Shown one piece after another: positions 27,181 through 41,397 of a DNA stretch of 64,000 bases. Below the pieces are notes generated by a model. The model was not told the DNA's origin and did not search any database. It saw nothing but the letters and a program-made list of their open reading frames with translations. Source of the stretch: Balanoglossus misakiensis (taxonomy: Eukaryota; Animalia; Hemichordata). Where the stretch lies: the NCBI GenBank assembly GCA_040954595.2, contig CM082580.2, forward strand, positions 12,290,909 to 12,354,908. Direction: 5' to 3'. Within the stretch, counting starts at the first letter, position 1. Every line of letters begins with the position of its first letter. Position numbers and translations under genes: made by a program.

Positions 27181-30100
27181 ACATGCGTTCGTCCGACCCT
27201 CTATTATCCAACCCTACAGATATAGTAACATTACAAGTAATGTAAGAAAGCATGATAGAGTATATCCGCCTTAAATGTGAACAAATGCGGAACGAAAGTT
27301 AAACCCCCTCTCTATAATTAAGCCACCATGTTCACAATTTAACGTCATTGGTGAGCCAAATTAATCCGGATATTTTGTTAGCCGACAGCTTTGCTTACGA
27401 ATGTTTGCCTCAACCAATCACACGGCTAGGCAATTCATCGGAATTAAGAAACTGGCAGTCCTTATTTTCTACAAATCAACGTTTGCGAAAAAAACAAAAA
27501 CAAATTGGTCATTCATTGTATTGTACTGTATTGCACATTACACCAAATCTGGTCTGAAAAGCTATAATGATTATTTCTTTTTATCGTGCGTTCTTAACTG
27601 AATACAATTGATATTCAGAAAATTATCACGAATTCTTGCATTTTTTCAAGTCTCTCAAAATGAATTCTCAAGACTATTTGTGAACGCAGCATAACATACG
27701 CTATTCTTGTCATTAACCAGAATGTAATCAGTTTCAGTTAGTCGATCCCTCTGCTACTTTGGAATCAATCTAGCATCGCTGAGAACATTTATCGTCAAGA
27801 TTCACTGATGGCTCCAGTTTCGCAAATGGCAAAGGTTGTTGTTTTCGCCATGAAAAATTCAAAATCGTCAAACCGGGCCCGAGTTTTTTCTTGTGATTTA
27901 CGACGATTTGACGAAAATCATCGATCAATTGCAAATCAGTCTGACATCTTCCACATCAATGTTCAATGTCCATTGGAAGGTGTGTCATCAGGGTTTATCG
28001 GAAGCCTAATATTCCTCCGGGAAAGATTTTTTACCATAACCCCCTGGTGGCGATATACCGATAGAGGTCAGCGCGTTTTCGACATCATGCGCAGGAAGAT
28101 CGATTCAACCATAAAATACTAAAGGGTAATAAAGGCAATAAATTGATGAGTTTTCCACATATTTCAAATTTCTTCACATGCTGCATTTATGGAAGTTGCA
28201 TTCGAAGAGTACGCGCTCTCAAGATGCTTGTTTATCAATGATCTGATCGCACGCCAATGGCTAAGCAAAAACTGTAGCTTCCTTTTTATTTCCATTGTGT
28301 TAAAAAACTGTACTCAGAAAAATCATTTAAACGGGTCGTTGTGACGATTTGCAACACTCATACGCAACCCACTGTTTTTTTGGCTGAAAGATCATATATG
28401 GTGAGTGCGCCAACACTAGAGTGTGTCGTAAGAATTCTCGATTGTGAACTATTGAGGGCATAAGCAAGAGCCATAGGCAGTAGAGGGGGGAAGAATGTCA
28501 CATGAATCTGTCATGACAACATGATTGTGTCGTACTGACAAGGCAAATGTTCGTAAACACGCCCGCGCGGCCTCTGTGACGTTCAAGTTCAACTCGATTT
28601 GATAAAGCGCTCTGGTGAGCAATTCATCGATAATTACTTACTTTCAATTAGCAAGAGGCCTTCCTTTGTTACCACGTATTTTTGGAACACATGTCGAGTG
28701 AGTCTTTAGAACCGAAAGGACCACATACTGGCTATAGTAAATTGCGCGCCCAACAGTTCTGAATACGGTTGAACGTGGTGACGGTTTTCAGGGCCCTGAG
28801 GGTTAGATGGAAAGTAACGTATATCGGTGCCTATTGTTAAACATGCGGCAAAGTTCAAAATATTCCTTCGACACGACCAATTTGACGAAATTTCGCGCGC
28901 AAATCATGACGGTACTGACGATACAAACTGCGGGTGATACATCAGTTTTTGTCGTTCCCCGGGCGATGCTAAACCTCGGCGTATAAAGTGAATCCCATCT
29001 GAAAATCCGTCTCCTGATTTCGCCGAAATTGCTTTGCTGAGGATTTGTGAAAACATTTCCTTGTCCTACAAGGAAAAAAAATATAACAACCAAGGAAGGA
29101 AGGGAGAGTAATCTTCCTCCCGCATATTTGCTGCGTTTTACGGCGCGTGCGATCTTAAAATTTGCAAACAACACTTCCAGTTCATCTAAAACTCAACAAT
29201 TCGCTTTACTATGACTTTTTCCTCCCTGCAGTTCTGAGCGCAAAGTACCAATTATCCAAGCAATATCAGCATTGCACCGTTCACATTAAAACACACTTTC
29301 GTCGGATGCCGAACGCTTTCAATCTGTTGTCATGGTGCCAGTCGAAGTACGGCAAAAATCTGACCCCAGCTTTCCTAGAAGAGCAATTAATTTTGAAATA
29401 TCTGGCCTGGAGTATTAGCAACGGGTCTTTTCATAGATCAAAATCAATGACAAGTAACTTGAAGTCTGTATGGCAATGAAAAGTAAACCTCAAACGACAA
29501 ATTGAAAATAACATTCCTATGGTTGCTGGATTTAACGAGAAATATCGACATCAGTAGAAAGGTACGATTTTTTCTCAAGCAACGTTAGTTCAGAAGGTAA
29601 TATGAACTGAGGAAAGATTTTTCCAGAAACGAGAGCTCTGCTAGTGATCCTTGGACAAATGTTCAACAGAATACAGCCAGAAAACAGATCTTATCGGTGA
29701 TCGCCAAATAGTTTTACTTGCAAGTCTCGGAACAGATTGGAAACCTGTCCTGAGGAAATTTCAACCTGGATAGCCATAGGGCCGGGGGAGTGGAAACTAG
29801 AAGGTACGTTTCATAAACATGGACTTATCTACAGGTACAGAGAAAGCGCACGCTTCTACTAAACAAATAAACAAATGTCCTTCAGGGGTTCAACTTCAAA
29901 GCGTTTGATTAAACCACTCACGTTTCCTTCACGCCACAAGAGCAGATGTTATCGTGAAAAACACCGAAAGACTAGACGACTCACGTGAATGGCCGGGTCA
30001 GCGTGTATTATTTCCCCCGTCACATGCTCGCTTGATGCATCCCAAATCAATCCCTTACCCCGCCGTGACCGTGAGAGGAGGCATAACCTATTTTCTGAAC

Positions 30101-31292
30101 AGAAACGGTGCACAAAAGGGCCGTGTTGATACAAGCAATCCTTATCGAGAAAATGGTCCTTGGGGATTGTAAAAATGTAAAGGAAAACTATACGCCGCTT
30201 GGATTGACTATTAAATATGCAATTAATCTTCAGGATATCTTCTAGCCATCGCCAACTTTATGTTACCCTCTCATTAGTGTGTCTCAGCGGAGCTCTAGTA
30301 AGCTACATTACCACAGTACTTGGCTTTTGACATTGCCAGATATGATGATTAAGAACCTAGTTTTCAGACCCAATATCACCAATAGTAGGCCCTACATGGC
30401 CTACATATATCCTCGTACTTCCGTTAGTAAGAATCCATCAGGTTGATAGATTGAAATATTGTTTAATAGGGGTCCCTTTTGATATGAAAATATTTAACAT
30501 TTTTCTAGATTTGCCGCCATACGAAAGATAACCGATGAAAAGCTGCGTCCCTTGTGATAAGGCGAACAGCCGGAAGCGGTATTTCTATCTCCGGGGATTT
30601 TGAACGCGTGTTCGATTTACACGACAATGATGTTGTAAAGTTCAGTTTCAATGTTTAATGTGCGCAGATACCGCGCGGATACGCGGCGAAAGTGAAACTG
30701 GCGAAGATTGCCTTGTCATCTACAGATTGAATGGCAGCAATTTGCCGATGAAAGGGTTTGGTACATTTATTGTCACCGTAAGTTTGACGCAGGAAATTGC
30801 GAAGGTCAATATTAACAATTAAATGCCCAGTAGCGATGTTTCCATATATACATATCTCCTTTCACAAGATAAGATATACGTCGTTAAGTATACGTCGTAA
30901 AGTGGTATACATGTAAGTGGTTATGTATTTTAAACATTTAATACTCTCGAATTCTGCACACGTGTCCACTAGAGTTATATTTTAATTAAATGTTTCCAAT
31001 CAGAAAAAGACTCCATCAACTGTATGACTTTGAAAGGTGTAGGTTCAGTTAAAGAGAGCTAATCTAGACTACCAGTTTTGCTGTTGTGTCTAAATTTTAT
31101 GAACCTTATGCGGTTACTTTTCTATTAACACATCAGCTCAGAGAGTTTGATTTAAGAATAACCAAGTCACCAAACTCAACATGATCCGAAATTATATCAA
31201 ATTCATCTAATTACAAAATATAATTTAAGAAACACGGTCTTTGAATGCAGTATATCCGTGCTTGGCACGTGTTCATGCACCCTTTTCATTAG

Positions 31293-31413
31293 TCACGCGC
31301 CATCATGAATTTGAACTCAGAGCGAGGCCACTGGGGAATTAACACCTATGATGTGATTGGTCAACTTTTCCCATTGCCCTCGCTTTGACTTCAAATTCAC
31401 AATGGCGGCGTGA
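31293..31413. mobile_element. Fold-back/MITE-like inverted repeat (~46-bp arms, ~30-nt spacer)
   Basis: Left arm tcacgcgccatcatgaatttgaactcagagcgaggccactgggga. Right arm reverse complement tcacgccgccattgtgaatttgaagtcaaagcgagggcaatgggaa. About 38/46 identities. Confidence 0.75.
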
Positions 31414-34400
31414 GGCCGCTAGACTTATACAAAGGGTGTATTCCTAGTTATAATCTTGCGAGCTTAGACCTTCCAAGGCCAGAGTACTTGACTGCAGGCG
31501 ACATGTCGGTTTAGGCCTGTCATTCGAATATTGCAAACTACAAGCAAGTGTCACATTGACGCGAGTCAAAAACTAAATATAGTCCTCTTAATAAATTGCT
31601 TTGCTTCACTCAATTTTCTTAAGTCCAATGTTGTGGAGTGGGCGACCCAATTTCGCTCTGATCGTTAGAGGACAACCGCCACAAAGAGATAATATAATAG
31701 ATGCGCTCTGAAAAAAAAATTACCTTGATGCGTCGGGATAAACCTGCCTGGGGCGTGATTACTTGCATCTATGCGTCATGTGTTTTAGACAAGCTATTAA
31801 AGCGAAAATCCCGACTATCAGTTCCACAACAAACACCGTGACGTCAGAGGTCGTGTACTTCCATGTCATGTCAACGTCGTAGATTATGTCGGTGAAGTAG
31901 AGTCGTTTCTTTCGGTGAGAGAGATCTGACGTACATTTGTACTTGTAAACTATGCTACGTTAGGTTGTTCAACCCCAGGCTTTCTTATTGAATCGTATTA
32001 ATATTACATGTACTTTTCTAACGTAGACGCCCTGTTCAAGGTTTCGCTGCGCTTATATGTTAGTTCATAAGACTGCCGTTTACCCAGGATTCACAATGAG
32101 AAAGCCCCCTTTCCTGATTTTAGTCTGTAAAACTGTACGGAGTATACGAACAATGAACTGAAATGTCAGTGAATATCGTCGCCTTAATAAGAATATACCT
32201 TTGATAACATGCGATACAGAAGGGAAAAGTCGAGTCTTCGAACAGTTATAAGCTGAAGCTCCGTTTATGTGTCATCGAACCTGTTGATGAGTAACTCTCC
32301 TTGAAATAAAGATTGCGCATTTATTCATAAACGCTCTTCTGATTTTCAATACCTTGTTGCACGTTCCAACAGAATTACAAGTTTGTCACGTACGCAAGGC
32401 ACTGTATAAGTAATTGCCCGCTGCTCTGTTGGCCTGGGGCACGTCGATTGACATCTTGCAAGGCACAATGACTGTGCCCAAGCAGCCCTGCAACGAACGT
32501 GCGTGTACAGCTAAGCCTTTGTCATCCGTGACTGTTTAATTTCAGTCAAACCTCTTAGTCGACACTTAAGTATAATTTGGTCAACATGAGCGCAGTCAAT
32601 TGGAAAGTTGTATGCAGAGGAACTCCGGATTGAAGGGAAGAAAAACGTGATTTATCTAAAATTAAAAGAATACATGTCACCGCTAAAGGTAACACGAAAT
32701 GGTAAACAGCTACAGTGCGGGGAATTCACATCGGTGTCTCTTTGAACATACCAAAATACACCACGTCTTCAAGACGTTCCTTGAAATCATTGTCTTGAAC
32801 ACAAATTGACGCCTCGATAGGCAATATCCCGTTTAAAGGAGACGCCAATTTATAGGATCTTGGTAGTGAAGACACAGTGTGTATCTACGGTCACTTTGTA
32901 ATGGATTAATTGAGACGCCTATGGTTGTCATGGAACTTTCATTGGTGGCTACATGTGAGCGCCCTGTTCAGCATACGGTCTGTTCATCAAACTGCAAACC
33001 AACATTTGAAAATAGCAATAACCTAAAAAGGTAATAACGGATGACGGAGAGTGATTATTTTAATAGGAACTCTGCTTGTATGATGGAGCGCGACGCGACA
33101 TTTAACGAACAGCGTCACAGACGATTTTGTTAGTATTCCGCCGAAGATAAGTTCACAGGTGAGCGGATTGTGAAAGAACGAAACGGCCGCTCTAAGGACA
33201 CTGTTATTGGCTCTCGATTAAAGAAAACGTACTTATCTAGACAAATTTAATCACGTCACGTTTTAGTGCCGTGCGATGGTTTATTAATCGCCAAGACTTG
33301 CGGGGAAATGTTGCATTAAACAGTGTGATTGAAATGGGATGGCATATCATAGCTGCCCTATCGTGACAAGTTAAATCGATTAAATACACGTAATATAAAC
33401 AGCAGATGTTCCCGGTACATGAGTCTCTTCCGTCGTCAGTGACTATACAGCTCTAGATTTTTAGCTTTGTTCGTGTCCATCCCTGACCAAACCCAGGTGT
33501 GGTTGTTCTCCCATTATGCAAATCTGGGGGGGGGGGGGGTACATCTGTCCCGAATGTACACATCCTGCCCGGGGACAATAGTTAGGAGCACACGCAAGCT
33601 TATGACATTGATCAATTCCCACACAAATAAACTTGTCAAAGATTCGCATATTACGTGGGAACAGCTCACGACATTTCCGGTTTTATCGATGTGCTGGGGG
33701 CTCATTTCAAAGAAAAAAAGAAACGAAGATAGATTGTATTATTTATATAGTTGTGCCCACGACACGTGTACGTTCAGAAAATAATATCTTTGTTCCGCTT
33801 CAAGATGCAGTATAGAAATCATGCATTTTACTGTTTTAGCCATGTTAACTATATCATAATGACAATAGAGAGAGAACGGCACAGTCAGATACTTATCGAA
33901 AGTGACAGTAACTGCAACTCTGCTGACTCTAACAGACACACCCTACAGCCAGGGGACATATTTCTACACAATTCTCACCGAAGCTTTGCTTCACATTTGC
34001 TGGCATTAATAAGTCTATGAAGAATCGGAGTCGTTCGCTTGAAGGCGACTAATGGTGGAACTGTATCGTTTCAAAGGAAAATGTTGTAATCAATAACGCA
34101 TAAGGTTTGCATACAAGGAAGCTGAGGGTCATCTACGGACGTTAACCGTCGATAAATCTGCGATAACGGAATCTATGCACTGCTTGTAGTAGGTCTATGT
34201 CGCCTGTAAACCCATAAAACCGAGACAGGTCTCACAACTAACCAGCTGCCACCGAAAAGAGTGTTTAAACAATAAAAAGGAATATTAGGCCAGGAATTAC
34301 ATGAAATCATGCATTTTGATGCGTATGACACCCCAGACATCAGATAAAGAACATCACGATTCACGTGTTCGACCTTTATTATTTCCCAACACCGAACAAG

Positions 34401-37400
34401 CCTTTAAAATGCCACACTGAAGAAACTGTAAGAATTCGGTGAAATGCCAACCAATCATCATTGACCGTCGGGGAAGAAATGGCGAACAGTTGAAGCACAT
34501 GAGATTTGCTGCCATGTCACTTGTCGTGGAATTATACCTCGTTTAATCCCCGTGCCACAAACCGACTGTCTGCGCGAAATCTTATCGTTTGGTGGGGTTG
34601 TAGCAAATGGCATATATCGAGACCATGGCCGACATCGCTAACATAGGACAGTGAATGTATTCATGGTATGGCCGACAAAAAAGAGGTCCATAAGATTGGC
34701 TGAATTTAGAGAAGACACGCCGGAGCGACACAACCGCGCGCATGCCCAGACAGCGAGCCTCGCTGGAATAAGACATCCTCTAATAGATAGACTGTGCTCA
34801 TAGAAAGAAAGAGCCATTCAATTTAATTGTATGAAATTGACCTTGTAACCGTTTAGTTGTTATAGAAAATGAAATTGCAGTGACCCCTTTCCAATGCACC
34901 CCATTTACGTCGTGTCTAACCACTCTCGCGTGATCAATACGGGATTTGCTATGGTTACTGTAAATAATGAAGGAGACACGCGTATGGAAGAAGCCGTGTT
35001 TGTTTTCTATGAAAATTAATAGTACGTGTATCATAATGCAATGAGAATCCTGTCATTCGAACCGCGAAGATAACGTTTCCATCGCTTGTTATACAGTATT
35101 CCCTCTTCTCTTCATGTAGGTTGTATCAGATTAACAGATTCGCGGTGTGTGCATGTAAAAGCAATAAATTTGACTCAAAAATGCAAATAAGCGCAGTAAT
35201 ATCTTCCAGTTCTCCGAGCGAACAGAGAATCTAGTAAAAAATAAACAGCATCTTATCTTTCCCGTTTTAGCATCGATAGCCAACTCGTTATTCAAATGAC
35301 CAACTATTTACAAATTAAAAAAAAAATACATTATCTCAACCACAAACAACACGCACTACTGATATGTCGCATTTGGACAATTAAAATCTGGCAACACACA
35401 ATCAAATTTGGCCATCTTTAATATGACACTGGAACGTTCTCACTCGACGTTTGCAAAAGTGCATATGGGGAATTTCAAAAGGACGATTATATCACACAAA
35501 GACACAAATGAGAGGACAGCTGGTTCGATACCTGCATAATACTTTTACTCACAAACCGGTGACGATTGATCATTTATATACACAGCAGTGAATCATACAT
35601 CCGATTTATTGTACCCAACAAATTTATTCATGCATGTTGTGTTTCACTGACTTTCGACATCAATCGACCTGATTTAGAAAAAGCTTACTCCCTTTATAAT
35701 TTTGTTTGCGTGCCTGACGTCACAATTTTTTTTCCTTTCCTGAAATAATTTCCGCCACCGAGGAAGGAAATGCATTCAGATGTTTGCTGTGCACAAGAGT
35801 ATCGATTCATATGGATAGCTCAATAGCACCCTTAAATGTGCCCGTTCCCACCAATCGTTTTAATTAACTTTAGAAAAACATCTGCCACCATAGCTGTTGA
35901 TATGAGGACAAATGCGAATGTTTTTTTGACCGAAATCTCAGACTGCGGATATCTATAAATACATGGTCAAGGTGATAGTAAACAAGCGTCATTTCGATTG
36001 CGTGGTGGACCCACTGTGGCTCTCGTTCAAAGCCGAGGGAAATGAAACGTGCAAGGCTTATACAACCTCAGATCAAACAGTGACCTTCTGACAGGCCTTT
36101 TGCGCTGTGTTCATGGGTTATCCGTCTCTATACCTTCAACACATAAAGTTTGCATCCATTACGCTGAAACGTTTGGGCGAACCGCATATACCTACATCCA
36201 TACATTGCATCAGACCATTTCTAAGCGATGGATCACGACTCACGAGATTGAACAAGGCATCTTGCCGAACATTTGGTACCGAGTACCGCAAATGGAAATG
36301 ACATATCTGTCGTTGCTCTTCTCAAAGATGAAAAAATCCTTCCTGTTTATCGATAATCCAAATTCCCAGTTTGATGGAATAGGTATCTTGTTAATTAGCA
36401 GAAAAAAAATAATTAGAGCGTCAGAGGAAACTTGGCCAGCCTGAACTCTCAGGTGGTTCACAGAAACAACAGTGGCTAGAGAAACAACAACATGGAAACT
36501 ATGTTTATTCTAAACATTACGAGTTGGCACGGCAACATGTGTACCCCCTACTTTTTACAACAGCTTAATTTCAGAGCAAGCACAACAGCTCATATAGTTC
36601 TTCAGGCACACAGAAACCGAAAGAGTAATATAACCTATTTCGTTCTCCCTGGTGAAATATCCAGCATCCCATCTTATTTCTCGGTATATAATTCCCCCGA
36701 TGAACGAGATATATAAGAGGGTACAAACAAAGACAATTATCTCTCAAATTTAGCTGTGTCGGTTTATGTAAAGGGGAACTAGACGCGATCAAACAAGAGC
36801 AGAACATACTTCCATCAAGTCATCCACTCAAGTACCCTCTTCTCATAAAGACATCAAACAACAATCATTTTTGTTAAGCATTAGAAGCTCGTTCGGTTCG
36901 GCCATTTGGAAAGTTTCCATCTAATGCACTTTTTATGGACATGAAGTTCTTGAATTGAATAGAAGTTGGGGTTAAACATACGGCTGCTAAAAAGGTCTGT
37001 AAATCTTTCTGTCTCTCGGATAAAATATAAGCGTAGCCTTCCGAATTGTTAATTTGTCGATAATATAATTTTTATCACTCGGAAGCCACTGAGGATTTCT
37101 AATTCCCACTGAAATCTACTCGAACCACCTGTGAAGACCGTCACTTTGCCAAGTGTTAAATGGGGATGCATATTCCCAGGCATAAATGTTAGCACAAACG
37201 ACATGATGTGCGCAATTCGTTCAGACAACCAGGTCTTTCAGCCAGAATAATGCCGTGGTCTCCTCAGCTGATAAAGAAGTGGGATTCAAAGACGGTGAAA
37301 AAAATCGACAATTATTCGGAAAGTGGTCCAATTATATTATAAGAGCCAGATATGCGAGGCCAATACCTCGAACAGACGGCGATATATGATTCGAACCGTT

Positions 37401-40400
37401 TTATCCTTCGGAAATCTTCAAACAATATCAGCATCATCTTATCTTATGGGATCTCCTATTAAGATGCGGCAGCCTAGAGAGGCAGTCTCGTTACTTAGTC
37501 ACGGCGAGCACAATAATTTACGGGTACCTAGGGAGTCTTAAAATATTCAGTGCCGTTTTACTGAACGCTTGATACCATTAGTCTAATCACGAACTCCAGT
37601 CTATCAGGACATACTCCGTTGCGTTGCTTGAGTGTATGGATTTTCGCAGTTCGATGGTAGGTGCAAAGTTTATTTTTTTAGGTACCTGTTATCTATCAAC
37701 AGTCCGGAGCAACTCGGTGACAGCACCTTTCTTCTAGGCACAGATCATTGCATTTTTATACAGACTGGTTATATTGCCCGTGAGTAACTAAAAGTAATCC
37801 TTCGATTCTCATATAACTGATCACTTTCGAAATGCAAATATTGATCCTATTGTCTGCGGACGTGTATGGCATTTGACCGGGGTAGACATGCGCGGTCTTA
37901 TACTTTACAAAATAATTAGAAAGACAAGTCAAGTCCAGTTTAGAATTGTGTCTAATGTGGAATCGAATGTTTTCCTGAATATCGGCACTTTTGTGCACGT
38001 TTTCGAGAAATACATATAATTAACACTATGCTACTTTTCATCTGGTAAGTCGGATAGTCTGATTTCATCGAAGTTTATATCTCATTGATTTGAGCTTCGA
38101 AAATGTATTTGAAATTAATTCATATATATTTCCTGACGTCATTCGCCGGTCTTCAATTGTGTTGGAGTAATTGCGTCTGTATGCGATCTCGATACTACAA
38201 AATAGCCTGCCAATCCGGGTTGCCTGGCAACACCATCTTGCTTCCACGCATAATAATCAGTAAAAACATGTTTGTCTTTTACCTCTGGGCGTTTTGGGTA
38301 GAGAAACGCGTCACTCGATCTTCAGTCTCGACAATTGCAGAAAAGCGTTATGCCGATCACGTGAGCTGCATTGACAAAGCTATCACTCGGTAGAATGTCA
38401 CACAGGGGATGTCATAATACGTAATACTTCAGTTGCCTTTTATAAATACTGGTATAGTTATTTGTCAACGGGCCACCTTGCCAGTGGTTGGTGTTTCTTT
38501 GTTTTTCATTTCACAAGCAAGGCAATAAATGATAGGCTGGCGTAGACAATAAACTGTTCACATTCGGATAACATGAGTTGGGCAATATCAAATATCATCT
38601 CACTGAAGTGTTCATATACTCATATGTACTATACGAGGGGGTGGATAGAACTCTACAAAACCGGCGAGGCAGCACGTCGCGACAAGCTGAACAACACCAT
38701 TGATTTGTCAGACGAAACAAAATGAACTAACCGACCATGTCAAAATACATTTCCCCTTAAGTAACAGTGAGTGACGTCCTCAGCCTATGTGACACAAACG
38801 AAGTCTATGCCTAACTGCAGGTATATACAAAGACTGTCAAATGATTATTCGTACAAGCTAGAAAGAAGGAAACAACAAGTGGAGTACCCTTTTTCCAACA
38901 CACTTTAGTCGCATTAGTCGGTGGCACTTTTATAATCCCATTTAGAAAACATGCACCCGGTTGACATAACAATCATTAGCCCTACAGACGACTAGAAAAA
39001 GGCATGGATTTTCCAGATGCGTACTACCCTACCAGTTAGAATTAACATACCATACACTATCATAAGATTTGTTTCGCCTTCAAAATTGCAAACTTTGTTC
39101 TGCTGGGGTAAAGTAAAGAAGATTTGAAATAAAACAGTATATAATTTATGTTCTCGTTGTTTATTGAAAAGGTCACCGTTCTAACGAAAACTGATTGACA
39201 CAACAGTGTTATTAAAGAACTTCGTCTACTTCCCGCTCCACATTTCCTGACCAAATTTGTCGTCTGATTCAAAGTGACAGTTAATGGCCGCCTTGTTTCA
39301 TTTGAAGCAGGAGTGGTATGATTGAAGGGGCTTAGAATGGCCACTTTTACTGCTTCGACATCGTTTATGTCTCCTTCAGTGCGTGTAGGAATTACATGTA
39401 CGCAGCGTCGAAATCATTTTGTTGTTTGGCCATCATTTAGATTGAGAGAACGGCCGCTCAAGCCAAAAAAAAAAAAATACCAGACGCCGAGCGCGACTGT
39501 AAATTTCCACCTGAAAAGGTAGCGGAAACACACAATTTACTTGCTGGAGTTTCTATTCACAAATTCTATTCAGTTTCCATTCTCTGAGCGATAAAAAGAT
39601 AATTTTCGCGCAAGTGAATCCAACAAAAACTCATTGTTTACGTAACGCCAACCGGAGACGTAACTCTATTACGTTTGCTTTTAAAACTTTACACTTCGTC
39701 TTCTTCGTGAAAGGCCGGGCAACTTCGTGTCATTCAGTTGATAAATGGGTTCACTTTTCTGTGTTATATGAATAGATTGTTGTCTACTTAAAAATAGCAC
39801 ACCTTCATTCAGAGATTTAAATTTGGTCTAGTATAAAAGTAAATAAAAGTGTTCGTGCAGTGTAGGTCACATTAAAATTAACTCCCAGGATGAATCTTGA
39901 CGCAAGTAGCCCCGTGGAGTTGCAAGTACACATATTACCCGTTTCGTGACTGTGACATCTTCCATTAGGTTTATTGGAAACCTCTTTATTACGGTCTTTG
40001 ACAGCTACTACCCACTGACATATTATGTTGTCAGTCGCGTTTCCTCATTAAAGACAGATTTGTTCAGTATTCAACGACTGTTCCGAACTTCTACCCTGGT
40101 TTGTCTGTTATTATTTGCTGATTCAAATTTGATTTGCAGGCTGTTCGTCATAGTTATGAGGTATATTATAGAAAATGGTACTAGTATTTTACGTAATGTG
40201 GGAGTAAGCCCCCGGGAAAGACTATAAAACTAAAACTCTGGCACTAGAAAATGGTCGCAAAAAATGACGACCCTTCATCAGTTCTTCCAGGCTGCCAACC
40301 CAATCGATCGTTAAAAGGAATCTCCCTGAGCATTTCAACAGCGGTGACCAAAATTCACTCGCACTCGTGACCGCTCTCCATTATAGAAGCACGACACAGA

Positions 40401-40861
40401 TGTGCTCGTCGTCGCAAATAACTGAGATTGGGGGCTCAAATGACGACGATCATGTACATATCCGCACTCGACATACGCGTAAATGATTAGTTCTATTTTA
40501 AACAGCTAGACCGGGAACCTCATTGTTACAATACATATTCTAAGACCAATTAATATTTTAAACCCCAGGTTGCTTGTAACTGGATTAGTTCAAGTTGAAC
40601 GACGCTTTAGGCATTTGATCCATATCCTCGTGCAGTACTTCTCGTCACCTTGGGATTGTATGGCACTTATGCATGCGTTTGATGTTCAATATGCAACCGG
40701 CAACAGTATCTTATCGATATTCTAATTGATCTGACCCCGATTTCCTTTTTACATAGTCTATATACAATGTACCTCATGCAGAAGTAATTGCAAAATATGT
40801 ATTATAATATTATCTTACTGGGATACTAACTGAACTGACCTTGTTTCTTTCTTTTCTATAG

Positions 40862-41397
40862 GTGTTCGTACCCTTCGCAATATAGTAATTAGGGTCTTTG
40901 TCTTGCGTCCTTTAATATTCTTGACAGTCAATTCAAACGAGCTGTGGAAAAGGAACACGCATGAATGTTTCAACTGGATTTAACTTGTTTTTGCACATGA
41001 CGTTTTCTTGTTTATTTTGCTCAACCATGCAAGAATGGCGGAATTTGTATACACATTAAACTGTTGACTACCTATCAAGGCCTTAAATCATCGTTTGAGT
41101 TTACTCCTTTCTACAAAAAGTTAATTCCATCGCTTGGTTTTTGCGACTAGATGCTGTTTCCAGAAATTACAAGAAAGGTTAGCGTGCGTTTCATGCGAAT
41201 CTCAGAAGAAAAAATCCTTCGTGCCCAAGGACGCAAAACACGGAATTTAATTACTTTCGACGTTCACGCTGTTGCTAACAAGTGAAGCAATTAGGAATTG
41301 GACAAGGCCTTGACTTGAACACAACTGCATCACACGACTTGACCCAGGAAAAGACGATCGTTTCATCGTCACCTCAGCACCATCTGGTCGTATTTCA
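40862..41397 (+). other. 5' UTR part of the GPCR coding exon, preceded by a strong splice acceptor; uORF-rich
   Basis: Branch-like ctaac (~40826), polypyrimidine tract ttgtttctttcttttctatag|G ending at 40861; at least 7 upstream ATGs before 41398. Confidence 0.6.

Noticed and set aside
35522-35532. Pol III B-box GGTTCGATACC
   Set aside because: No A-box at suitable spacing and no cloverleaf; not a tRNA or clear SINE.
36049-36444. 131-aa ORF between the GPCRs
   Set aside because: GTG start, no motif and no coding-like composition; a chance ORF.
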